Shown here: positions 45,487 to 55,926 of the stretch, in pieces | Layout of the letters: each line of letters starts with the position of its first letter | Numbering within the stretch: position 1 is the stretch's first letter | Assembly: GCA_963822905.1 (NCBI GenBank) | Contig: CAWGJF010000002.1 | Coordinates: 386,911-450,910, forward strand | Source: an uncultured Ignavibacteriales bacterium | GTDB taxonomy: Bacteria; Bacteroidota; Ignavibacteria; Ignavibacteriales; Ignavibacteriaceae | Reading direction: 5' to 3' | Length of the DNA: 64,000 nt | Notes under the pieces: generated by a model | Databases searched by the model: none | What the model was told of the DNA's origin: nothing | Seen by the model: the letters and a program-made list of their open reading frames with translations, nothing else | Position numbers and translations under genes: made by a program

Positions 45487-46752
45487 TTGGATAAATTTGT
45501 TATCAAGGGAGGAAATAAACTCACTGGTGAGGTAAATATCAGTGGTGCAAAAAATTCAACACTTGCTTTAATGCCGGCAACGATTTTAACTTCCGGTTTA
45601 TCAACACTTGAAAACACCCCCCAGCTTAACGATGTTTATACTATGAAGAAACTTCTTCAGCACCTTGGACTTGAAATCGATTTTACCGGAACCACCCTAA
45701 AAATTAATTCTGCAAACATAAAATATTTTGATGCTCCTTATGAACATGTTAAGAAGATGCGTGCTTCAGTTTATGTTTTGGGTCCATTATTAACCCGGTT
45801 TGGTGAAGCAAGAGTATCTCTGCCAGGAGGTTGTGCATGGGGACCAAGACCAATTAATCTACATATTGAAGCAATGAAAAAACTGGGAGCAGAAATAGAG
45901 TTACAGGGAGGCTACATAATTGCGAAATCGAAAAGGTTAAAGGGTGCTCATATAAATTTTGATATTTCATCGGTTGGTGCAACGGGAAATGCTTTAATGG
46001 CATCTGTACTGGCGAAAGGGGAAACTAAAATTAATAATGCAGCTATGGAACCGGAAATTATTCAACTATCTGAATTTCTTGTTTCGATGGGAGCAAAAAT
46101 TAGTGGTATAGGAACGAATGAACTTGAAATCCAGGGAGTAGATGAATTAAAAACTACAACTGTTAAGACAATTTCTGACCGGATTGAAACCGGAACACTT
46201 TTAATAGCTGCAGCTATTACAAAAGGAAATGTCATTCTGAAGAATTGTGAAGCTGAACATTTACAATCAGTTATTAATAAACTTGAAGATGCTGGTTGTT
46301 CAATCACAATAGGTGATAATCAAATTATCTTAAATACTGAAAATGTAAATATCAAAGCCACTGATATTTCAACCGCTATTTTTCCGGGTTTTCCAACAGA
46401 TATGCAGGCTCAATGGACTACAATAATGTGTTTAGCAAATGGAACATCTACAATTACAGACAATATTTATTTTGATAGGTTCAAACATATTCCGGAGTTG
46501 ATGAGATTAGGCGCAGATATAACGGCAAACAGAAATGGCGTGGTTGTAAAAGGAGTGAAGAACCTCACCGGAGCAAAAGTTATGTCTACCGATTTGAGAG
46601 CAAGTGCTTCGCTCGTTCTGGCTGGGCTTGCTGCTGAAGGAACTACTGAAGTCCTTCGTGTTTATCATCTGGATAGAGGTTACCAACGGATTGAAGAAAA
46701 ACTTTCAGCTCTAGGTGCAGATATTCAACGTGTTGCCGGACAGGAATTTTAG
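45487..46752 (+). CDS. murA: UDP-N-acetylglucosamine 1-carboxyvinyltransferase
   Basis: MDKFVIKGG..L.GEV.ISGAKNS start (TTG codon), active-site Cys in LPGGCAWGPRPINLH, and the C-terminal YHLDRGY motif. Confidence 0.95.
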   Translation: MDKFVIKGGNKLTGEVNISGAKNSTLALMPATILTSGLSTLENTPQLNDVYTMKKLLQHLGLEIDFTGTTLKINSANIKYFDAPYEHVKKMRASVYVLGPLLTRFGEARVSLPGGCAWGPRPINLHIEAMKKLGAEIELQGGYIIAKSKRLKGAHINFDISSVGATGNALMASVLAKGETKINNAAMEPEIIQLSEFLVSMGAKISGIGTNELEIQGVDELKTTTVKTISDRIETGTLLIAAAITKGNVILKNCEAEHLQSVINKLEDAGCSITIGDNQIILNTENVNIKATDISTAIFPGFPTDMQAQWTTIMCLANGTSTITDNIYFDRFKHIPELMRLGADITANRNGVVVKGVKNLTGAKVMSTDLRASASLVLAGLAAEGTTEVLRVYHLDRGYQRIEEKLSALGADIQRVAGQEF

Positions 46753-46759
46753 CCGCAAA

Positions 46760-48970
46760 ATGTTTTCAAAATTATTAAATCAAAAAAGCTTTTTGTTATT
46801 CTCGATAATACTGTTTGTCGCGAACATTTTTTTCTTAAGTCTGCCGCTTGTAAATGTTTTTGGATTTGAATTTTCCCTTGCAAATGCATTACTTCTTTGT
46901 CTTTTTGCGGGGCTTCTCAGGATAACCTATCTTCGCAAAATTGCTAATAAAAAACCCAGGTCTATCTCATTCTTTAAGCAAAGCCTCATACTGCTTGCCA
47001 TTCCTTTTGTCGTTTCATTCACCAATTCTTTGTTCAATGGTTTCTGCTCATTCTGTGATGGATTTAATTTTTATTTGATGATCACTTTAGTTTCAACATT
47101 TACCGGGATAGCAATAGCCACTTTGACTTATTCATTTGTAAAAAATATTTCTGCTTACTTTGTTTTTATTCTTTTGATTTTATTTATACTAGCCATCGCA
47201 GTGTTTGAAATTTATTCCAATCCGCAAATTTATCTCTACAATCCTGTTTTCGGTTACTTCCCCGGAACTATTTATGATGAAGGTTTAAGACCATTCTGGA
47301 AGCTTTTCATTTACCGGATTATTAATCTTTCATACTTCAGTATTGTTTTCTTTTTATTCCGGGCATCAGCCAGGATAAATCTTAAAAAGAAATTCATCCG
47401 GTTGGGTTTTATAATTTCAATTGCTTTGATATTTTACCTGCTGAGTCCGGTGTTTGGATATTCAACTACGCATTCGAGCTTAAAAAATGATTTGCCGGTT
47501 AAAATTGAATCTGAAAACATCATTCTGAATACAGATCATATTATTAGGGAGGATTCACTGGTTATACTTTCAGGTGAATTTTATTATAGTGAACTGCAAA
47601 AGTATTTTAATCTGAAAACAAATAAGAAAATTAATATCTGGCTTTTCGAATCGGGTGAATCAAAAAAGAAATTGTTCGGGTCGGATAAAGCCGATGTTGC
47701 AAAACCCTGGCTTTACGAAGTATATGTTTCCAGGCAAAACTGGGAACACACTTTAAAACATGAAATGGCTCACTGTTTTACAGCACCATTTGGAAGTACA
47801 ATATTTAGGATAGCTGCAGATTTTAATCCAGCATTAATTGAAGGCGCAGCTGAATCAGCCGATGCATTTTATGATGATATGCCAATTCATTTTATGGCAA
47901 AAACCGCTTTTGAAAATGGGTACAAAGTGAATCTTGAAAATCTATTTACCCCGGGATTTAATTTCTTTAACCAGAATTCGAGTTTGTCTTATATTTATGC
48001 AGGTTCATTCTGTAAGTATCTGGTTGAAAAGTATGGAATAGAAAAATTTAAGAAGTTTTATGAAGAAGGATATTCTAATAATAACTATAATGAATCGTTA
48101 AATGAAACTATAAACGATTATGAATTATTCCTTGATACACTCAAATATAAAACAAATGTTAATGTTGCCAGGTATTATTTTGGAACTGCAGGTATATTTT
48201 CAAAATATTGTCCGAGATATTATGAAGACAAAATAACCGAAGCCTGGAAAGAATTGAATGAAAGAAAAACTGAAGATGCTAAATCGATTTTTAAAAAATT
48301 ATTAAACAACTCAAATAATTATTCAGCTTTTATAGGGTTAGCAACTGCTTATGAAAAATCAAATGATATTGGTAAAGCAATAAGTTTTATGCAGAAGAAA
48401 CTGGTCGATTATAATAATTCAGCTTATTACTATCTTGTAAAACTAAGACTCGCTGATTTGTATGTTAAACAGAGTGAATTTAAAAAAGCAGAAGAAATTT
48501 ATCTTCAATTAGATAAACTAAAACCCTCTAAGCGCATTGAGTTCATTGTGTTGATAAGATTAGCATTAATGGAGAAGAATGAATCCTTATTAATCAAATA
48601 TATTGATGGGAGTGATTTTGATAAGTATTCTATTCTAAAAAGTTTGAATAAGAATGGGAATAAATATTTTACATTTCCTGTAATAATTGAATTGTCAAAA
48701 CGGCTTGAAGAAAACTATCAATTATTTCTTAAATATTTTGATAACAAGTTTGATGTAAATTACTATTGGAGCAGTTTTGCGATGTTAAAACTATCCGAAT
48801 ATATGTATGAAAATCTTGATCACTTAAATGCAAGAAAATTATCAGCATTATCGTTACGCTTTAATTCTGATCCTGTTTTATATTCATTCGCAAAGATGAA
48901 TAGCAAGAAAATGGAATGGACTTATCAGAATAGTAAAAGAGTTTTTAACAGTCTGAAAATCCTGAAATGA
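46760..48970 (+). CDS. Polytopic membrane protein with Peptidase_MA_2-like HExxH domain and C-terminal TPR repeats
   Basis: About 250 aa of hydrophobic helices, HEMAH at nt 47759-47773 followed by LIEGAAES, and TPR-like repeats in the last ~250 aa. The ATG at 46760 avoids the overlap with murA. Confidence 0.55.
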   Translation: MFSKLLNQKSFLLFSIILFVANIFFLSLPLVNVFGFEFSLANALLLCLFAGLLRITYLRKIANKKPRSISFFKQSLILLAIPFVVSFTNSLFNGFCSFCDGFNFYLMITLVSTFTGIAIATLTYSFVKNISAYFVFILLILFILAIAVFEIYSNPQIYLYNPVFGYFPGTIYDEGLRPFWKLFIYRIINLSYFSIVFFLFRASARINLKKKFIRLGFIISIALIFYLLSPVFGYSTTHSSLKNDLPVKIESENIILNTDHIIREDSLVILSGEFYYSELQKYFNLKTNKKINIWLFESGESKKKLFGSDKADVAKPWLYEVYVSRQNWEHTLKHEMAHCFTAPFGSTIFRIAADFNPALIEGAAESADAFYDDMPIHFMAKTAFENGYKVNLENLFTPGFNFFNQNSSLSYIYAGSFCKYLVEKYGIEKFKKFYEEGYSNNNYNESLNETINDYELFLDTLKYKTNVNVARYYFGTAGIFSKYCPRYYEDKITEAWKELNERKTEDAKSIFKKLLNNSNNYSAFIGLATAYEKSNDIGKAISFMQKKLVDYNNSAYYYLVKLRLADLYVKQSEFKKAEEIYLQLDKLKPSKRIEFIVLIRLALMEKNESLLIKYIDGSDFDKYSILKSLNKNGNKYFTFPVIIELSKRLEENYQLFLKYFDNKFDVNYYWSSFAMLKLSEYMYENLDHLNARKLSALSLRFNSDPVLYSFAKMNSKKMEWTYQNSKRVFNSLKILK

Positions 48971-49015
48971 ATTTACAAAACCCACACGGACAATACCGTA
49001 ACAGGATTAATCTAA

Positions 49016-50437
49016 ATGAATCTTAAAGATAAAATATTAACCTGCCTGTCCGGAAGGCAGGGTTTTGATTTCATCAACACAGCTTCCGACGTTGCAGACA
49101 AAATGAATGTTGAGACTTTTGTAGTTGGCGGAGTTGTACGTGATATTATTCTTGGAAGAGAAAATACTGATATTGATATGCTTGTGATTGGCAATGGACC
49201 AGATTATGCTTCAAAACTTGCCGATGCACTCGGGATAAAAGACATAATCATTTATAAGAATTTTGGAACTGCTCATTTTGTTTTTGATGGTTTGAATATT
49301 GAGATAGTTGGTGCAAGAAAAGAATCATATAGCCGGGAAAGCAGGAAACCCAAAGTTGATGTGGGTGGTTTTGAAGATGATATTAGGCGAAGAGATTTTA
49401 CGATCAATACTCTTGCTGTATCAATAAACAAAAATACTTTCGGTAATTTGATTGATACTTTTAATGGACTGGAAGATTTAAAAGCTCAGATAATTAAAAC
49501 CCCGCTTGACCCGGAAATAACTTTTGATGACGATCCTCTGCGAATCCTGAGAGCTTACCGGTTTGCCTCACAGCTTAACTTTAAAGTCGATTCTGCGGTT
49601 GATGAAGCTGCTTCAAAATTAAAAGACCGCTTATCTATTGTTTCGCAGGAACGTAAGACAGACGAGTTTCTCAAAATACTTGCTTCACCAAAACCTTCAA
49701 TCGGGTTAATAATGATGTTCAAGACCGGCGTAATGGAAGTTGTATTTCCCGAGATTGCAAACCTTGAAGGAGTTGAGCAGAGAAAAGATTATCATCATAA
49801 GGATGTTTTTTACCATACCTGTGAAGTAATTGATAACATATCTGGAAAAACTAATAATGTATGGCTCAGGTTTGCAGCACTTGTACACGATATTGCAAAA
49901 CCACCAACCAAAAGATTTGTCGAAGGAACAGGCTGGACATTTCATGGGCACGAAGAGCTTGGTGCACGAATGATGCCTGCTATCTTTAAGCGTATGAAAC
50001 TTCCGATGAATAAGCTGCATTACATTGAAACTTTGATAAGACTTCACTTAAGACCAATTGCACTCGCTAAAGAAGAAGTAACGGATTCAGCAATTAGAAG
50101 ATTGATTGTTTCAGCCGGGAATTATCTTGAAGATTTAATTACTCTTTGCAGGGCTGATATCACGAGTAAGAATCCTGATAAGGTGAACAAGTACCTGGGC
50201 AATTATGATAGGGTAATGAAAAAAGTTCTGGAAGTTGAAGAGAAAGATAAACTGAGAACTTTTCAATCACCGGTTAAAGGTGAAACCATTATGGAAGTCT
50301 GTAACCTGAAGCCTTCAAAGAAAGTGGGGGAAATAAAAACCGCAATTGAAGAAGCTATCCTTGATGGAATTATAGCTAATAACTATGAAGAAGCGTATGA
50401 GTATTTGTTGAAAATTAAAGAAGACCAGAACCTTTAA
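49016..50437 (+). CDS. cca: CCA-adding tRNA nucleotidyltransferase / poly(A) polymerase family protein with HD domain
   Basis: GGVVRDIILGRENTDIDM nucleotidyltransferase motif, RRDFTINT, DPLRILRAYRF, and an HD domain (HDIAKP). Confidence 0.85.
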   Translation: MNLKDKILTCLSGRQGFDFINTASDVADKMNVETFVVGGVVRDIILGRENTDIDMLVIGNGPDYASKLADALGIKDIIIYKNFGTAHFVFDGLNIEIVGARKESYSRESRKPKVDVGGFEDDIRRRDFTINTLAVSINKNTFGNLIDTFNGLEDLKAQIIKTPLDPEITFDDDPLRILRAYRFASQLNFKVDSAVDEAASKLKDRLSIVSQERKTDEFLKILASPKPSIGLIMMFKTGVMEVVFPEIANLEGVEQRKDYHHKDVFYHTCEVIDNISGKTNNVWLRFAALVHDIAKPPTKRFVEGTGWTFHGHEELGARMMPAIFKRMKLPMNKLHYIETLIRLHLRPIALAKEEVTDSAIRRLIVSAGNYLEDLITLCRADITSKNPDKVNKYLGNYDRVMKKVLEVEEKDKLRTFQSPVKGETIMEVCNLKPSKKVGEIKTAIEEAILDGIIANNYEEAYEYLLKIKEDQNL

Positions 50438-50446
50438 TAATTTTCA

Positions 50447-50866
50447 CTAGAATCTAAAACTCAGCCCAAAAGAATATTTCTTTTCTGATATAAATGCACT
50501 TTCGTTAGACATTCCAAAATATATATCTACTGGAATTTGATTTTTTATTGTTTGTAGTTGTGCTGTTTTAGTTTGAGAAAATTTCAATTTCTCATTCAAT
50601 GAAACCTCTGAACTATCTGATTTATCTTTTTTCTTATCTGAGTTTTTTCTTAATAATGCATATACAACTATCCCGGCAATGATTGCTCCACCGACAATGT
50701 ATAATGTTGAATTGTCTGAACTGTTTGATGAACTGCTGCCCGATGAACCGCTGCCTCCAGGTACATCTTCTATTCTCAATCCCTGAGCTAGTATATCGGA
50801 AGCAGGAAATATTATTACGAACGAAATAACAATTGTTAACAAAAGAGTAAAATATTTTAAATTCAT
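50447..50866 (-). CDS. Hypothetical secreted/membrane protein with Ser/Gly-rich linker
   Basis: Signal peptide, a GGSGSSGSSSSNSS tract, one TM helix, and a C-terminal ...GLSFRF. No family recognised. Confidence 0.4.
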   Translation of the reverse strand: MNLKYFTLLLTIVISFVIIFPASDILAQGLRIEDVPGGSGSSGSSSSNSSDNSTLYIVGGAIIAGIVVYALLRKNSDKKKDKSDSSEVSLNEKLKFSQTKTAQLQTIKNQIPVDIYFGMSNESAFISEKKYSFGLSFRF

Positions 50867-51088
50867 TTTGTGTGCCCGGCTTATTTGATTTAATATTAAC
50901 TTAAATATAAAATAAAATTAAGTTCTAAATCAAGGATGGAATAAAAGTGAACCGAAATCCGGGTTCTTTTTATTGCTGCTGTTATAAAAACACCGGTTAT
51001 GTATTTTTTTAACCATTCGTAACGTATCACACTTTATAAATTAATTAAGTGCTATTTTTGGAGTATATTTTTGGGCAATGAATATCTG

Positions 51089-51110
51089 TGTTACATTTTT
51101 AACTGTAACA
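51089..51110. promoter_or_regulatory. Inverted repeat TGTTACA-N8-TGTAACA upstream of the efflux operon (candidate operator)
   Basis: Perfect 7-bp arms at 51089-51095 and 51104-51110, about 58 nt upstream of the likely tolC-family start at 51168. Confidence 0.25.
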
Positions 51111-51167
51111 AACTAAATTCCAAAGATTAAAAGCGGTTCAGTAACAGAAAAATTATTGGAGAACAGA

Positions 51168-52514
51168 ATGCGACTTTTAATAACATCATTATTAATAACC
51201 TTGTTTTCTTTAGTTGTCCCTGCCCAGCAGGAATTAACTTTAAACCAGGCTATCCAGATTGCACTTCATAATAATTCAGGTTTGAAGCAAAGCGTAAATG
51301 GTATTCCCGGTTATGAGACAAATGTTTTGGCAGCTTATGGAAATTTTCTTCCTTCATTAGGTTTATCAGGAAGCTGGGATTGGAGCAAATCGGATATAAA
51401 AAATGCGGGATTTGTCTTGATTAATGGAGTACCGTTCAGCACTTCAGCTTCGAGCCAGAATCGAAGTTATTCGGCAGCAGTTAGTTCTAACTGGACTTTA
51501 TTTGATGGGCTGGCAAATTTTGCTACCTTATCACAAAGTCAAAATAATCTGGAGTCTGCACAATTTTCATTAACAAGATTAAAACAGGACATCGTTTTCC
51601 AGACGATCTCATTGTACTATGATGTAATAAATAATCAAAAGTTGCTTGGTGTAAAAAAAGAAGATCTTAAATGGAATCAGAAAAATCTTGAAACAATTAG
51701 AGAAAGAAATAAACTTGGTGCAGCTACACTTGCAGATGTTTACCAACAGGAAGTTGCCGAGGGAAATGCCGAACTTCAAGTTGTAACTTCCGAGAACAAT
51801 CTTGAAACTGCAAAAAATGATTTGCTTTATTTTTTAGGACATGATGTTACAGAAGAATATACTTTCTCCGATTCTCTTTCAAATAATGAGAAAGTGATAT
51901 TAAATACTAATTTGCTGAAGGATTTTGATAATATAACAGAGCTTGTAACCCAGGCTTATGAAAACCGTCAGGATTACAAGAGTGCAAAGTTAGATCTTGA
52001 AAGTACTGTTAGCGGAATTACTATCGCACGTTCCGGACATTTACCAAGCCTGAATGCAAACGGGTTTTATTCATGGCAGGGAGACAAGATTTCTGAGCTT
52101 GATCAATCCAAGAGACTTGCTTTTGGTTTAACGTTAAGTATTCCAATATTTTCCGGATGGAGTGTAACCAACAGGGTACAGTTTGCTGAAGTGCAGGCAG
52201 AGAACAAAGAAATTGAAGTGAAAGACCTGGAAAGGGATATTAAAAGACAGATAGAAACAATTTATCTTCAATTGAAAGTTGCAAAAAAAGGATTAGATGT
52301 GAGTGAGAGAAATGTTAAAGCATCTTCGGAAAATTTAAAAATAGAAGAAGAAAGATATTCTATCGGTGCTGGTAAGCTGCTGGATGTACTAATAGCAAAC
52401 TCAAATTATACAACTGCACTTTCTGATCTTATTAATTCACAATATGCATATATAGTTTTAAGGGAAAAATTAAAATATACACTTGGTGTTTTGGATTATT
52501 CTAAATACGAATAA
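51168..52514 (+). CDS. TolC-family outer-membrane efflux protein
   Basis: Signal peptide. Two internal repeats with coiled-coil heptads. LTLNQAIQIALHNN start typical of OEP family proteins. Confidence 0.85.
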   Translation: MRLLITSLLITLFSLVVPAQQELTLNQAIQIALHNNSGLKQSVNGIPGYETNVLAAYGNFLPSLGLSGSWDWSKSDIKNAGFVLINGVPFSTSASSQNRSYSAAVSSNWTLFDGLANFATLSQSQNNLESAQFSLTRLKQDIVFQTISLYYDVINNQKLLGVKKEDLKWNQKNLETIRERNKLGAATLADVYQQEVAEGNAELQVVTSENNLETAKNDLLYFLGHDVTEEYTFSDSLSNNEKVILNTNLLKDFDNITELVTQAYENRQDYKSAKLDLESTVSGITIARSGHLPSLNANGFYSWQGDKISELDQSKRLAFGLTLSIPIFSGWSVTNRVQFAEVQAENKEIEVKDLERDIKRQIETIYLQLKVAKKGLDVSERNVKASSENLKIEEERYSIGAGKLLDVLIANSNYTTALSDLINSQYAYIVLREKLKYTLGVLDYSKYE

Positions 52515-52539
52515 AAATTTTATCTGAGGAGATAAGCTG

Positions 52540-53850
52540 ATGGCAAAAAATCAACGCAAAAAATCGAAAAAGAAAATAATCATTTTTGGATCAATCGGAC
52601 TGCTCGTTTTAATACTTATAATAGTAGCATTCATTGGTGGAGGTAAAGATGATATCATTATGGTTCAAACTGAAAAAGTTGAAAAACGTGATATCACTCA
52701 AACAGTTACTGCAACAGGAATCATTGATCCGGAATTCAAAGTTGTGATTACTCCTGAAGTAACCGGTGAAATTATTGAACTTCCTGTTGAAGAAGGAGAT
52801 GTAGTTAAGAAAGGTGACTTGCTGATAAGGATAAAAGGTGATCAGTACTACGCACAGAGAGACAGGCTGGATGCAAGTGTTAAATCGGCAGAAGCTAATC
52901 TCCAGATGAAAGAAGCTGAATTAAACAAGGTTAAATCAGATTTCGATCGGGTAAAAGAATTGCATAGTAAAGGTTTATCTAGTGATTCAGAATTGGAAAA
53001 CGCACAAAGCAATTACCTGACTACAAAAGCTGGTTATGATGGTGCAGCGGCAAATGTACTTCAGAGTAAAGCACAATTGCGTGAGGTTCAGGAAACTCTA
53101 AACAAGACTACAATCTATGCTCCTATGGATGGAATTGTAACACAGCTAAATGTTGAGCTTGCAGAAAGAGTTCTTGGAAGCGGATTCAGCCAGGGAACAA
53201 ACCTTATGACGGTTGCTGATCTTTCAAATATGGAAGCAGTTGTTGATGTGGATGAAAACGATGTTGTATTAATTTCAGTTGGCGATACTGCAAATATAAC
53301 AGTCGATGCTTTCAGTGATAAGATGTTTCATGGGCTTGTTACTCAAATTGGGAATAGTGCTCAATCAAGTGGATTGGGAACTCAGGAACAGGTTGTAAAC
53401 TTTGAAGTTAAAATAAAATTGATCGACCTTGATCCGAAATTAAGACCGGGAATGTCTTGCAATGCAGACGTAGAAACAGAAACCGTTCACAATGTATTAT
53501 GTGTTCCGATCCAGAGTGTAACTGCCAGGACAGATATTCCAATGAAAGAAGACTCGACTAAAAAAGATGCAAAAATGGATGATGGGGAAATGAAATCGCC
53601 TAAAAAGAATGAACCCAAAGAAGTTGTTTTTCTTTTTGATGGAGGCAAAGTAAAAATGGTTCCGGTTAAAACCGGTATCAGCGATGACAATTATCTTGAA
53701 ATAAAATCCGGGTTAGATGGCGGAGAGGAAGTTGTATCAGGAAGTTATCGTGCAATTTCAAGAGAACTCAATGATGGCAGCACAGTCAGGAAAGAAGAAA
53801 AAGGAAAAGGCGAAGGACCGGGTAAGATGAATGAAAGCGCTAACAGTTAA
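52540..53850 (+). CDS. Periplasmic adaptor (membrane fusion protein, HlyD/MacA-like)
   Basis: N-terminal TM, a lipoyl-like hairpin (VKKGDLLIRI ... IYAPMDGIVT), a coiled coil and beta-barrel domains. Confidence 0.85.
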   Translation: MAKNQRKKSKKKIIIFGSIGLLVLILIIVAFIGGGKDDIIMVQTEKVEKRDITQTVTATGIIDPEFKVVITPEVTGEIIELPVEEGDVVKKGDLLIRIKGDQYYAQRDRLDASVKSAEANLQMKEAELNKVKSDFDRVKELHSKGLSSDSELENAQSNYLTTKAGYDGAAANVLQSKAQLREVQETLNKTTIYAPMDGIVTQLNVELAERVLGSGFSQGTNLMTVADLSNMEAVVDVDENDVVLISVGDTANITVDAFSDKMFHGLVTQIGNSAQSSGLGTQEQVVNFEVKIKLIDLDPKLRPGMSCNADVETETVHNVLCVPIQSVTARTDIPMKEDSTKKDAKMDDGEMKSPKKNEPKEVVFLFDGGKVKMVPVKTGISDDNYLEIKSGLDGGEEVVSGSYRAISRELNDGSTVRKEEKGKGEGPGKMNESANS

Positions 53851-53868
53851 TTAATACGGAAATTTAAA

Positions 53869-54591
53869 ATGAACATAATTAATATCGAACATATTGCTAA
53901 AGTTTACCAGGTTGGTACTGAAGAAGTTCATGCCTTAAGAGATGTTACTTTAAGAATAGATAAAAATGAATATGTTGCTATAATGGGACCTTCCGGTTCA
54001 GGAAAATCCACACTTATGAATATGCTGGGCTGCCTGGATACACCATCTTCCGGGAAATACGATTTTAACGGTAATAGTGTCAGCCAGATGACAGACAATG
54101 AACTTGCACGTATCCGTAATAAAGAAATAGGATTTGTGTTTCAGACTTTTAACTTGCTCGCTCGATCAGACGCACTTCATAATGTTGAATTACCTTTGAT
54201 CTATGCAGGGATCCCATATTCAGACAGAAGGGAGAGAGCTGAAAAAGCTTTGGAAGATGTTGGGCTTGGTGACAGGATGCATCACAAACCAAATGAACTT
54301 TCAGGTGGGCAGAGACAAAGAGTTGCTGTTGCACGCGCCCTGGTTACTAATCCTTCAATAATTTTAGCCGATGAACCAACAGGAAATCTTGATTCTAAAA
54401 CCGGTGAAGAAATAATGATGCTGTTTAATGAGATTTATGAAAAAGGAAACACAATAATTCTTGTTACACACGAAGAATATATAGCCAAACATGCTGCAAG
54501 AGTTATCAGGCTTAAAGATGGATTGATTGAAAGAGATGAAGAAGTTGTTAACCGTTACATCCCGAAAGTAAAAACAAGTGAAGTCAGTTAA
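53869..54591 (+). CDS. ABC transporter ATP-binding protein, MacB/LolD type
   Basis: Walker [11 protein letters not shown]-loop, signature [15 protein letters not shown], Walker [12 protein letters not shown]. Confidence 0.93.
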   Translation: MNIINIEHIAKVYQVGTEEVHALRDVTLRIDKNEYVAIMGPSGSGKSTLMNMLGCLDTPSSGKYDFNGNSVSQMTDNELARIRNKEIGFVFQTFNLLARSDALHNVELPLIYAGIPYSDRRERAEKALEDVGLGDRMHHKPNELSGGQRQRVAVARALVTNPSIILADEPTGNLDSKTGEEIMMLFNEIYEKGNTIILVTHEEYIAKHAARVIRLKDGLIERDEEVVNRYIPKVKTSEVS

Positions 54592-54690
54592 TCAGTTCCT
54601 TGAATAATCCAAATAATAGACATAAAAAAATATGTTGAAAATTAAAACGGGCGGACTTAATTACATAACAAAAATCATCCGGGAAATAAT

Positions 54691-55926
54691 ATGAAATATT
54701 TCATAACTGAGATGAAAGAGGGGCTTCTTATCGCGCTGAGAGCGTTGAGGGCTAATAAAGTCCGAACAAGCCTTACGATGCTGGGTATCTTTATTGGTAT
54801 CACTGTTGTCGTATTAATGTCCACAGCAATAAAAGGAATTGATAACTCATTTCAAAAAGGTATAAGTGCTCTTGGTTCCGATGTCCTTTATGTTGATAAA
54901 TGGGCATGGTTTTCGAATGATGATTGGTGGAGATTGAGAAACAGACCTAATATCCAGATGTCTGATTTTGAAAAGTTTAAACAAATGGCAAAACTTCCAC
55001 TTGCAGTTGCACCGGTTCAGAACTCAAGACAATTAGTAAAATTTGGTGAGAAAAGAGTAGAAGGTGTAAATGTAAACGGATCAACTGCAGACTATGTTAA
55101 AACAACGAACTTCACTTTTTCGATGGGAAGGTTTTATAGCGAAGTTGAAAGCAATGCATCAAGACAGGTGGTTGTTATCGGAAGTGAAATAGAAAAGAAT
55201 CTTTTCCCGCGCGGTGATGCTCTTGATAAAATTATCAAGGTGGGCGGTGCAAATTATAAAGTAGTTGGTGTGCTTGCCGAGCAGGGCAGTTTTATTCTTG
55301 GTCCCTGGAACCCTGACAACCAGGTTTTTGTTCCGATTGGAACAATCTTTAAAAATTTTGTTGGTCAGTATCGTGGTTCAATTACAATTAATGTGCGGGC
55401 ACAAAACCCTGCAATGGTTGAAGAGACTAAAGCTGAAACTGAAGGAGTGATGAGAAAGGTAAGAGGATTGAAATACGATGAAGAAAATAATTTTTCGATA
55501 AACCAGCAGGATGGTTTAATGGCTAACTATAACTCTGTTGTTGGAGTTATACAAATTGCAGGACTGTTTATAACCGGACTTTCCCTGTTTGTTGGTGCAA
55601 TCGGAATAATGAATATTATGTTTGTTTCTGTTCGGGAAAGAACTAGAGAAATAGGTATTAGGAAAGCAATTGGAGCAAAGAGGAGAACTATTCTTGCACA
55701 GTTCCTGATGGAGTCTTCAGCAATTTGTTTGTTCGGTGGAATTCTCGGACTTCTTGCTGCCGCACTATTGAGTTTACTTATTAATCAATTTATTCCAACT
55801 TCAATTCAACCGGATGCTGCGGTTATTGCAATTTCTGTTTCAGCAATAACAGGAATTTTATCAGGACTTGCTCCTGCTTACACTGCCGCTAAATTAGATC
55901 CGGTAGATTCGTTGAGGTATGAGTAA
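54691..55926 (+). CDS. ABC transporter permease, MacB/FtsX type (paralog 1)
   Basis: TM1, a large periplasmic domain, then an FtsX domain (IGIMNIMFVSVRERTREIGIRKAIGA) and a C-terminal DPVDSLRYE. Confidence 0.88.
   Translation: MKYFITEMKEGLLIALRALRANKVRTSLTMLGIFIGITVVVLMSTAIKGIDNSFQKGISALGSDVLYVDKWAWFSNDDWWRLRNRPNIQMSDFEKFKQMAKLPLAVAPVQNSRQLVKFGEKRVEGVNVNGSTADYVKTTNFTFSMGRFYSEVESNASRQVVVIGSEIEKNLFPRGDALDKIIKVGGANYKVVGVLAEQGSFILGPWNPDNQVFVPIGTIFKNFVGQYRGSITINVRAQNPAMVEETKAETEGVMRKVRGLKYDEENNFSINQQDGLMANYNSVVGVIQIAGLFITGLSLFVGAIGIMNIMFVSVRERTREIGIRKAIGAKRRTILAQFLMESSAICLFGGILGLLAAALLSLLINQFIPTSIQPDAAVIAISVSAITGILSGLAPAYTAAKLDPVDSLRYE

Noticed and set aside
50949-50971. GAACC...GGTTC hairpin followed by TTTTT
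   Set aside because: The stem is only 5-6 bp with a bulge, it is on the plus strand, and no plus-strand gene ends nearby. It is probably chance structure in a 300-nt AT-rich spacer.
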